From positions 5,541-69,540 of IMG/VR virus record IMGVR_UViG_3300035666_000015: a stretch of 64,000 nt of DNA. One strand, 5' to 3'. Positions 48,798 to 56,280 of this stretch are shown here, in pieces (the stretch's first letter is position 1; every line of letters starts with the position of its first letter). The stretch comes from a virus. The translations under genes were made by a program, and so were the position numbers. Under the pieces are notes generated by a model, which saw nothing but the letters and a program-made list of their open reading frames with translations, was not told the DNA's origin and did no database searches.

Positions 48798-49001
48798 TTA
48801 TTGCATTAGCCCTATTAACGCCTTAGCGTGTCCCATTGCTGCAAGGTTGGATCTATGCACCAAACCTCTTTCTAGAAGTAGATATTCTTTTCGGCTATCA
48901 CCCCAGTTAGCTGTGGTAATGAGAGAGTCACTTGTAAGATTAAGGAAGTAGTACGTTTCACCAAATACAGGTTCAATTGTTACATGACATTCATAGTACA
49001 T
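48798..49001 (-). CDS. hypothetical protein
   Basis: 67-aa coupled ORF with AGGAG SD. Confidence 0.6.
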   Translation of the reverse strand: MYYECHVTIEPVFGETYYFLNLTSDSLITTANWGDSRKEYLLLERGLVHRSNLAAMGHAKALIGLMQ

Positions 49002-49240
49002 TAGCAGACTCTCCTAGGAGTTATATTATATTGTTTACAATACTCAACAATACGTGGATCAAAACGATTTGTCGCATAGAATTTACCCGTACGATCTCTC
49101 ATCACAGTGAAGTATTCAGGAGTGTATATCTTAGCACCCATTATATCTTCACCCTTACACCAAGCATCGGCAAGTCTTTGAGCATGCTCTTTTGAAATGG
49201 ATGGATTTGATTCATGTAGATTCATTTTACGATTTTCCAA
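49001..49240 (-). CDS. hypothetical protein
   Basis: Coupled ORF. Confidence 0.55.
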   Translation of the reverse strand: MENRKMNLHESNPSISKEHAQRLADAWCKGEDIMGAKIYTPEYFTVMRDRTGKFYATNRFDPRIVEYCKQYNITPRRVC

Positions 49241-49626
49241 TTAGATTCTGGACTCAGCTCACGAGCAGCCACATACCTGGTACTAGTAGAGCGACGTTTT
49301 TCGTTTTGTCGAGCGTTACGTTCTTCTCTGGTCATTCTCACATCAGCACCTACTTTTGCATCTACAGACCGCCATATATGTAGCAGTTGTTTATCTGATA
49401 GACCTTCTACATAAGCATGGAATACTAGAGGAAAATAAGATGCTAACCAACGTATTGGATCACGAATATTCTGGTAGTCAGTTTTGGTAGGCGTTTTTGG
49501 ACGATCAACAATTGTATAAGGCTCCACGCCAAGCTGCCTTGCTGTGTAATTGACAATTCCACGAAGTTTCCAACCCTTCCTAACACATGGAAAGAAATTA
49601 GCCATAAACGTAGGAGTCTCATTCAT
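49222..49626 (-). CDS. hypothetical protein
   Basis: 134 aa with GGAGG SD. Confidence 0.65.
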   Translation of the reverse strand: MNETPTFMANFFPCVRKGWKLRGIVNYTARQLGVEPYTIVDRPKTPTKTDYQNIRDPIRWLASYFPLVFHAYVEGLSDKQLLHIWRSVDAKVGADVRMTREERNARQNEKRRSTSTRYVAARELSPESNWKIVK

Positions 49627-49627
49627 A

Positions 49628-49816
49628 CTAAAGACCTCCTAGTATTGGTATGAATTTTTCATGGAATTCTACGGCCTCACGAACGCGTACAGGCTCACCA
49701 TGTATTGCCTTAGAATAGATAACAACAGGAGTCCCATCTCGTGAGTTTGTACAGTCAGTCCCTTCTGCCAGTTTAATATAAATTTCACCAGACTTTTTAT
49801 TTCTATATTTCAGCAT
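49628..49816 (-). CDS. DUF1653-like small protein
   Basis: YRNKKSGEIY...DCTN...VVIY...VRE..EF..KF pattern. Confidence 0.65.
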   Translation of the reverse strand: MLKYRNKKSGEIYIKLAEGTDCTNSRDGTPVVIYSKAIHGEPVRVREAVEFHEKFIPILGGL

Positions 49817-50141
49817 TGTATCTTCCTGTGTTCTTTTGGCAGCCAGATAATCTCTGAAGATTTATTAGTTGTTGCATCGTTTCAGAATGACTGAGACGTT
49901 CTTTGGCTAATGCTTCAGCCCATGATTTAACAGCAGCCTCACGCTCTCGTAGATCAATCTCTTTAGCGATTATCGTGAGTTTAAGCGACTCAATTTGTTC
50001 TCTGTATTGTGATAACAGCCGCTTATCAACAGGCCTCGCCAACTCTACTTCGATATCTTTACAAATTTGACAAATTTCGCTATTAAATTGACCAAGTTCT
50101 TCAAGACATTCGAGTGCCCTTCTCAATAGCTCATGACTCAT
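49803..50141 (-). CDS. coiled-coil hypothetical protein
   Basis: 112-aa ORF. Confidence 0.6.
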   Translation of the reverse strand: MSHELLRRALECLEELGQFNSEICQICKDIEVELARPVDKRLLSQYREQIESLKLTIIAKEIDLREREAAVKSWAEALAKERLSHSETMQQLINLQRLSGCQKNTGRYNAEI

Positions 50142-50397
50142 CAGACAACTCCATGTAAACCTCTTGAATCTTTTCCAGCTTACATATTCGTATCATCTGC
50201 TCGGAAGGTGGGGTTAGTGTAAACATCCGTTTACCTAGCGAATCCACAGCTGTCCATCCGATAGTTTGCATCACAGGAATAGAATCTATTTCTTGAAGTA
50301 ACTCCTCGACAATACCATCATCACCACACAGAAGATATTGTTCCAACCCCTCTTCCAAGAACTCTTTCATTCTGACTAATACATTAAATATTTTCAT
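50131..50397 (-). CDS. hypothetical protein
   Basis: 88 aa with GAGGAG SD. Confidence 0.6.
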   Translation of the reverse strand: MKIFNVLVRMKEFLEEGLEQYLLCGDDGIVEELLQEIDSIPVMQTIGWTAVDSLGKRMFTLTPPSEQMIRICKLEKIQEVYMELSDES

Positions 50398-50633
50398 ATT
50401 CTCCTCACAGCTAACCTGTTAAAAATACGCCTTATTATATAGGAGCGTAACAAAGACACAGCAGAGAATATTGCAACAAGTATACAGTTTTGTGACAAAG
50501 GCACCTCTATCCCAAATAAAGGGTAGATATACGCCTGGATTGCTACTCCAAGCGCAAATCCTGTAACTAAGTTACAAATACTCTCCAAAGCACTATGACT
50601 GCGCTTTTGCACGTTGAGCCAAGCGTCTTGCAC
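50394..50633 (-). CDS. two-TM phage membrane protein
   Basis: Q.RSHSALES..N...GF...VSLLRSYIIRRIFN pattern. Confidence 0.7.
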   Translation of the reverse strand: MQDAWLNVQKRSHSALESICNLVTGFALGVAIQAYIYPLFGIEVPLSQNCILVAIFSAVSLLRSYIIRRIFNRLAVRRI

Positions 50634-50835
50634 ACTCTCTTATACCTTGATGTGGGATAAATTTATTAGTAGATGCTTTATACCTCTTACTACCTTTGCT
50701 TTGTCCGCCGCGTTTCGTACGATCATGAAAAGGTGTATTACGCAACCGCAAAATTTCAGCATTGATATCCGGACCAGGCATAGATATCATCAGCAGTGGA
50801 ACTAGCGCTCTTGTGATTTGTGATTTAGAAAGCAT
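50593..50835 (-). CDS. basic hypothetical protein
   Basis: PHQGIRECARR motif. Confidence 0.6.
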   Translation of the reverse strand: MLSKSQITRALVPLLMISMPGPDINAEILRLRNTPFHDRTKRGGQSKGSKRYKASTNKFIPHQGIRECARRLAQRAKAQS

Positions 50836-50839
50836 ATTA

Positions 50840-51298
50840 TTACCTCGATTTGATTAATTCAGCAGCTGCCAACATTTGATTATAGCAAGCAGTGTCTGCA
50901 ATTGAGTTGGCAAGATCCCCATTATGAGCACGTACCCACTCAAAATCTATATGGATACCCTCTTGCGTTTTTGAAACTAAAGCTGTCTTAAGCTCAATCC
51001 ATAAATCTTGATTCTTTACAGGCGACCCTGATGCCGTTTTGAAGTTGTTTTTGACCCACTTGGCAAACCATTTAGTTATACCATTACAAGCATACTGGGA
51101 ATCAGTGTATATGATATTACTAGGTTCATTGACCAGCTTAACCGCTTCAATTATTGCCTGTAATTCCATTCTATTATTTGTAACGGTGGTACCTATAGCT
51201 GAGCCACTTTTAAGCACAATCATCTCATTACCATCCACTACGGCCCAGCCACCAACTCCTTTGACTAGATTACAAGAACCATCTGTATATAATAGCAT
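50840..51298 (-). CDS. rnhA: ribonuclease HI
   Basis: YTDGSC, TNNRMELQA, YTDSQY, VKNQDLW, WVRAHNG..N..AD. Confidence 0.95.
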   Translation of the reverse strand: MLLYTDGSCNLVKGVGGWAVVDGNEMIVLKSGSAIGTTVTNNRMELQAIIEAVKLVNEPSNIIYTDSQYACNGITKWFAKWVKNNFKTASGSPVKNQDLWIELKTALVSKTQEGIHIDFEWVRAHNGDLANSIADTACYNQMLAAAELIKSR

Positions 51299-51798
51299 TA
51301 GCCTAACGCCAATTTCATCATACGACGGTAAGCCTTTGCGAGTCTAATACTATACTCAATATCGGCTTCTGCGCGATGCTCTGTATTATCTTCCGCAACT
51401 TGAATTGGATATAATAATTTCAGAGACGTGGTATCCAGCACTTGATGGCTAAACTTAACATTCGGAAAATGGTGCTCTAACCAGTTTTTATCAAAGTTAA
51501 CAGAACTGCCTAATAGGTGTATCTCAGTACTCGTATGTAATTTTAGCCAAGCTTCAAACTCACCTAAAGTGCTTGTAGGTCTGGCATCAAGCAACCCAGT
51601 ACCTTCGGGGCCATGCATTTTAAGGATGAACTCACTTAACTCTGCTTTTACACCTTTGTACCCAAATACTTCATTGAAACGCGGACCAGTTTCTTGTAAA
51701 TCTTCTGAAAGAGGGATCGCACACGCTTCCAGAATTACACCTTCAGCTGGTTTTAGACCTGTTGTTTCGAGATCAATTGCAAGAAATTTTGTTATCAT
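51298..51798 (-). CDS. DEDDh 3'-5' exonuclease, oligoribonuclease-like
   Basis: IDLETTGL, MH...GLL, GSSVNFD, LDTTS, HRAEADI. Confidence 0.85.
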   Translation of the reverse strand: MITKFLAIDLETTGLKPAEGVILEACAIPLSEDLQETGPRFNEVFGYKGVKAELSEFILKMHGPEGTGLLDARPTSTLGEFEAWLKLHTSTEIHLLGSSVNFDKNWLEHHFPNVKFSHQVLDTTSLKLLYPIQVAEDNTEHRAEADIEYSIRLAKAYRRMMKLALG

Positions 51799-51817
51799 TT
51801 ATAACTCCAAAGTCAAT

Positions 51818-51845
51818 AAAAAACCCCCTCGCAGGGAGGGGGCTT
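51818..51845 (-). terminator. Rho-independent terminator
   Basis: GCCCCCTC-loop-GAGGGGGT followed by a T tract. Confidence 0.75.
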
Positions 51846-51860
51846 GAAAGGTATTACGTC

Positions 51861-52640
51861 TTATTCTGCAGAATCGTCTTCTTCTGCGGTTTCTTCTTCT
51901 TCAAATTCGTCTGGCAAGAAGGTATCTTTCAACTTGACCATAGCATCCGATAAGTAAGTATCGAATTCATGTTTCGCTTCGCCTGTCTCCAGATCATATA
52001 AGCGTTCAATAGTTTTGTCAGCAATTGCTGCAGCAACAGCATTTTCCAAAGCTTCTTCGGTTTCGAAAGTATTACCAGCCAATATCTTCTCTAAGGCGTT
52101 TGCCAATTGATAGATTTTAAGACCAGCTTTAGCTTTTGGATCAACTTCACGTTTAATGACACCGGCTTCGAAGGCTTTTAGGACAGCATCTTTATTGGCG
52201 ATGATCCAACTGACTACATCAACGTTGTTGTCCAGGGCAGCCATCAAAGTGTTTTTAGTTGCCAGCGCAGATTCTTCAGGAGACATCTTTTTGGTTGCAG
52301 GCCATTTGAATGAGGTGACGATTGCTTCCGCATTAGTGGTCAGGAAGTCAAAACGCTTATCTTTCAATGTAGCGATTACATCCAGCGCTGTTTTCAGAGA
52401 AGCTTTTTCATTTTTGGTTACACGACGAATCGTATCCGTACCAAAGGCATTCAACACAGTATCAGTGTTGTCAATCAGCCAATCTACCAAGTCTTGTGCG
52501 GCACCGAGCGCCAACAAAGCACTTGTGATCAACGGTTTACGTAAGAACATATCAGCTTCAGCTCTTGTATCGAAAGCAACCAGAGCACCAGTGTTAGGAT
52601 CACGTACGCAAACAGCATTGAAAATTTGTGGTTGAGACAT
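51861..52640 (-). CDS. hypothetical protein with acidic tail
   Basis: 259 aa, has its own leader and terminator; internal repeat DLVDWLIDN..VLNAF / DVVSWIIAN..VLKAF. Confidence 0.8.
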   Translation of the reverse strand: MSQPQIFNAVCVRDPNTGALVAFDTRAEADMFLRKPLITSALLALGAAQDLVDWLIDNTDTVLNAFGTDTIRRVTKNEKASLKTALDVIATLKDKRFDFLTTNAEAIVTSFKWPATKKMSPEESALATKNTLMAALDNNVDVVSWIIANKDAVLKAFEAGVIKREVDPKAKAGLKIYQLANALEKILAGNTFETEEALENAVAAAIADKTIERLYDLETGEAKHEFDTYLSDAMVKLKDTFLPDEFEEEETAEEDDSAE

Positions 52641-52804
52641 AGTTATTACCTTTTATATTTAGATTATTGAGGGGTTATAGCATTAATTGCGTGACAATTG
52701 CCCAATATTGCACAAAATTTGCAGCGACACTTATCAGTCAGTGAAAGCCGCGAGGCAGGCGGGGTGCTGTGACCCTCTTTTTCGGGCGAGCACCTGCGCG
52801 TTTT

Positions 52805-53023
52805 TTAAGAGGCGTTCATAGGAATGTTTCCAGGGAATCCTATACGCCCTATAGATTTACCACACATCGTATAGAAATACAGACGACCTGTTTGATCTTT
52901 AAGCATCATCCTTTGAGATCTAGGATTGAACCTTAGTAATGCGAGTTCTGCGCCCATCTCACTTTTAAGGACATCGCCTACTTTATGATTGAATACTAAT
53001 GTCTTCAAAGTCTTCTTCTCCAA
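52805..53023 (-). CDS. hypothetical protein
   Basis: 72 aa, GAGG SD. Confidence 0.55.
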   Translation of the reverse strand: MEKKTLKTLVFNHKVGDVLKSEMGAELALLRFNPRSQRMMLKDQTGRLYFYTMCGKSIGRIGFPGNIPMNAS

Positions 53024-53807
53024 AGGCCTCGTCGAGGAGTCCTGTTATAAAGTTCAAATCCACGCTCTCATCTTCAGAGTTCAATGCAGCATCCAGGAAC
53101 CCCTTTAGATACAACATATCTACACCTACTAATTGATCACGCAGAGTAGCCCTGTGTGTTAAATCTACTTCTGATACCTGCAGTATCATCTTTAATACCT
53201 GACCAGCTGAGATCTTCCAACCACGTTTTATAAATTTACGTATACGAAGGATGGAACATATCGGGTATAAAGAACCTTGATAATAGAGTTCTTTCGTCAA
53301 AATAGATTCGAGAGCTTTCTTTGGGGCTACTATCCCTGTTGAAGATGACCAATAGCATGTGCAATGAATGAAATCATAGTTCTTGAATATTTGTTCAGGT
53401 GTTCCATAGAATCTGAGTATGAGTTGCACCTTGCCATTCAAAGAAATAGCATTATCCGAAAAGAACCTAGCAGAATATTTTGATTTCTCAGCAGTTGCAA
53501 CCATACCGTCAGCAGCTTGCAGAAACACTCGGCTTTCAGATTCACCTTTTATATTAGTGAAAGGCGCTGAATACCAACCAACTACACCATTTTCTTTCTT
53601 GGTAAAATAACTTAACACAGACCTTACTGCCTCGAAGCTGTCAAAGTAGAAGTCATAGTCATTCACCTTTGTACCCATCAGCATACTTGTGATAGCACCT
53701 CCAGCACATATGGTATGATTACGAAGAATATCTTGTATATCGGGATGTTCAACACACAATGCTTCTACAACAGCATTTATGTTACCTGCAATAAACTGCA
53801 ATTTCAT
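52983..53807 (-). CDS. nucleotidyltransferase-fold protein (CCA/poly(A) polymerase head-like)
   Basis: CAGGAITS...VNDYDFYF (GG...DxD), YDFIHC, RIRKFIKRGW. Confidence 0.7.
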   Translation of the reverse strand: MKLQFIAGNINAVVEALCVEHPDIQDILRNHTICAGGAITSMLMGTKVNDYDFYFDSFEAVRSVLSYFTKKENGVVGWYSAPFTNIKGESESRVFLQAADGMVATAEKSKYSARFFSDNAISLNGKVQLILRFYGTPEQIFKNYDFIHCTCYWSSSTGIVAPKKALESILTKELYYQGSLYPICSILRIRKFIKRGWKISAGQVLKMILQVSEVDLTHRATLRDQLVGVDMLYLKGFLDAALNSEDESVDLNFITGLLDEAFGEEDFEDISIQS

Positions 53808-55024
53808 AATGGATACCTTTTCAATATGTCTTCCAGTGAGTCTGGTGATTTATCAAAACGCTCACCACCATACCGTGGCTCAAACAACGAATACTCACCT
53901 TTTGAGTTTTTGATTACATTCTTGAATTTGACAGATACTGCACTGTATTCAAACTTTTTCCAATTATCAACAATCTTTTTGCGTTCAGCATCTGTAAGGC
54001 CAGATACATTGACTCGTAAGTCGCCTTCCTCAGACACGCAAATTAGTGAACCAAAGGTATCAGACAGGCGTCCTTTACCAGCCATTAATCCGATTACACA
54101 TAGACAAACCTCATGGACTTCCTTATCTTTTACCATCAAGCGCGACGTACCTGAAAACCAAGGTGCATATAGGTGCTTCAGAACTAGACCCTCACCCTCC
54201 TTACTATCTACCACATGTTTACGTAGTGCTAATCTACCTTCGTTACTTGATACTGGATATGTTGTGATACATAGTCGTTTTGGAATACGGGCCAGCCTAT
54301 CACCATATGGAGCAGAGTCCGTACGGTGATCTTTAATTGCATCCCATGCGGAATACACAAGCTCAAAACCACTCGGTAGTACACCACCTTGGGCAATAGA
54401 GTTGATCATTCCATTACTAATCGCACGATCAATTGTAACACCGTTAGGATCTTTGATCGTCAATTCACCTTGCCAAATAAAATTATTATGCAACTCTGGT
54501 ATTTTTAGAGTATCCTCATAAAACAACACCTTACCTTGTCTAGAAAGATAGGCGGTGTTTCGCTTTTCAGCATATAGACCATCTTTCTTTGGTTGCGCCA
54601 CCCAATCGCCTTTACTATAATTCAGAGTTTCAAGTGGAACTTCTTCTGGAGTGGAGCAACGCATATATGGCATTTCTTCAATCAGATTTCCAAACACCGA
54701 GTTGATTGTCTTAATTGCTGCTCCCATTTTCAGATCTTTATTGACAATCCTAGAGTAAAGGATACCAGAAGCTTTTGTCAGAGAATAATGCAAATCCATT
54801 GAGTATGGTCGATTCAAATCTTTCACCGATAACATTTCATTACCGTTACCAGGAACATCAGAGATGAATAATTTGCCAAAGACTCTATGAGGATCGTACG
54901 TAGCCTTCAACACTTCACTGAAGAAAGAATCTTCTTTATACTGAGACAATAATTGCTGCTTTTTTAATCTTGATTTATGAGCTGCAATCTCTTCAATAGC
55001 AATAAATACTGAATCACTGTTCAC
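53804..55024 (-). CDS. ATP-dependent DNA ligase
   Basis: QPKKDG (KxDG), QGEL, WD, EGLVLK, SLFEPRY...RFDK. Confidence 0.9.
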   Translation of the reverse strand: MNSDSVFIAIEEIAAHKSRLKKQQLLSQYKEDSFFSEVLKATYDPHRVFGKLFISDVPGNGNEMLSVKDLNRPYSMDLHYSLTKASGILYSRIVNKDLKMGAAIKTINSVFGNLIEEMPYMRCSTPEEVPLETLNYSKGDWVAQPKKDGLYAEKRNTAYLSRQGKVLFYEDTLKIPELHNNFIWQGELTIKDPNGVTIDRAISNGMINSIAQGGVLPSGFELVYSAWDAIKDHRTDSAPYGDRLARIPKRLCITTYPVSSNEGRLALRKHVVDSKEGEGLVLKHLYAPWFSGTSRLMVKDKEVHEVCLCVIGLMAGKGRLSDTFGSLICVSEEGDLRVNVSGLTDAERKKIVDNWKKFEYSAVSVKFKNVIKNSKGEYSLFEPRYGGERFDKSPDSLEDILKRYPL

Positions 55025-55358
55025 CAGTCACCTCTTTAAATTTACTAATTATTAGACTAGATTCTTCAACAGAACCTGAAAGCACATTAGATACAAGCAC
55101 TATCTCAGAAGGAGTGCACTTTGCCTGGGGACATACTATATTCAATTTAGATACTTCGGGTGGTAAGTTCAAACCTCGTATTACAGCAGCAGACACTATT
55201 ATTTTATCTGTCCGTGAGAATGAGATAGTATTCGAAGTATTAGCCATTATAATCAGAGAACTACAAACAATTAAACACCCAATTATTACTAACAACCAGC
55301 CAATTGTATTTTTACTCATACAAATCCTCGTAATCATCATAGTCATCATGGAAATCAT
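55014..55358 (-). CDS. membrane-anchored hypothetical protein (probable start MSKN)
   Basis: N-terminal transmembrane segment. Confidence 0.6.
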   Translation of the reverse strand: MISMMTMMITRICMSKNTIGWLLVIIGCLIVCSSLIIMANTSNTISFSRTDKIIVSAAVIRGLNLPPEVSKLNIVCPQAKCTPSEIVLVSNVLSGSVEESSLIISKFKEVTGEQ

Positions 55359-55545
55359 TCTCTAAAAATATATCTAGGTCTTTGTTATCCTCTTTATCAA
55401 ACACAGCAGGATTTACACCAGAGCCAAGGCAAGACTGACAAAAGGATTCACACTCTGTTTGACTATTTCCAGTACCTTTACAATCTGGACACAGATACGC
55501 TTGTAAATTATCATCATGTGTACTAGCTACATTAGCAGCATTCAT
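55312..55545 (-). CDS. small DnaJ-type zinc-finger protein
   Basis: CPDCKGTG and CQSCLGSG; acidic tail; GGAGG SD. Confidence 0.7.
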   Translation of the reverse strand: MNAANVASTHDDNLQAYLCPDCKGTGNSQTECESFCQSCLGSGVNPAVFDKEDNKDLDIFLENDFHDDYDDYEDLYE

Positions 55546-55555
55546 TAGTTACCTC

Positions 55556-55804
55556 CTAAGGTATTGGACGCAAGTTAACAGGTAATTCAAGTTCTTCCAG
55601 AAATTCGTATACAGTATTCTTAGGAGTTTGCTCTTCTTCATCAGCAATCATCATAGAGACAACTGTACCTAATGTACCAGCATTTATATCAAAGTATGCT
55701 GTTTCTCCTGTAAGATGGTCGAGAATTGTACACGAATATAGGTCACCAACCTCAGATTTGGCCATTAATCGTGTATCTTCAGTAGTTACATCAACAATAA
55801 ACAT
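55556..55804 (-). CDS. hypothetical protein
   Basis: 82 aa, GGAG SD. Confidence 0.6.
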   Translation of the reverse strand: MFIVDVTTEDTRLMAKSEVGDLYSCTILDHLTGETAYFDINAGTLGTVVSMMIADEEEQTPKNTVYEFLEELELPVNLRPIP

Positions 55805-55829
55805 TTATTCACTCCAATTAGTAAAAGAT

Positions 55830-55985
55830 TTACCACCAATCTTCGTTTTTCTTTCCCAAGCCTATTACGAATGTTATGAAGGGAATAGAAATAGAAATCT
55901 CGAGTTGATAATAAAAATTACACCATCTCACCCCAAAACCAATATGTCGTTCAAATATATAGTAAAATCTATCACATCTTCCCAT
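55830..55985 (-). CDS. 51-aa hypothetical protein
   Basis: ATG overlaps the upstream TAA; fills the gap between ORFs. Confidence 0.4.
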   Translation of the reverse strand: MGRCDRFYYIFERHIGFGVRWCNFYYQLEISISIPFITFVIGLGKKNEDWW

Positions 55986-56230
55986 TAGACACCTGCATTA
56001 AAGAAAAGCTTCTTAATTTCAAGCTGACTATTCCTCGTGATTGCTTGTAGATGCTTATCTAGATCTGTTATCGAAAACTGCACATCTGTGATTCCATTAT
56101 AACGATTCTTAAAGTAGCTAAAGGTGTAGTTAGCATGGTCTACTATTATGACAAAATGGAGAAACCGTACCAAACTATGCAGCCCTTCCGGCTTAAACCA
56201 ATGCTTTTCAATCACTAAGAAATTATTCAT
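55985..56230 (-). CDS. hypothetical protein
   Basis: 81 aa, GGAG SD. Confidence 0.6.
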   Translation of the reverse strand: MNNFLVIEKHWFKPEGLHSLVRFLHFVIIVDHANYTFSYFKNRYNGITDVQFSITDLDKHLQAITRNSQLEIKKLFFNAGV

Positions 56231-56245
56231 TCTAACTCCAAGTTA

Positions 56246-56270
56246 AAAGCCCCCAAATTAATGAGGGCTA
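56246..56270 (-). terminator. possible terminator after nrdJ
   Basis: AGCCCTCA-loop-TGGGGGCT followed by TTT. Confidence 0.55.
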
Positions 56271-56280
56271 GATCAACTAA

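Noticed and set aside
38896-52800. Short ACCTG-containing words near 38896, 48626 and 52791 as late promoters
   Set aside because: The shared core is too short to distinguish from chance without a motif search.
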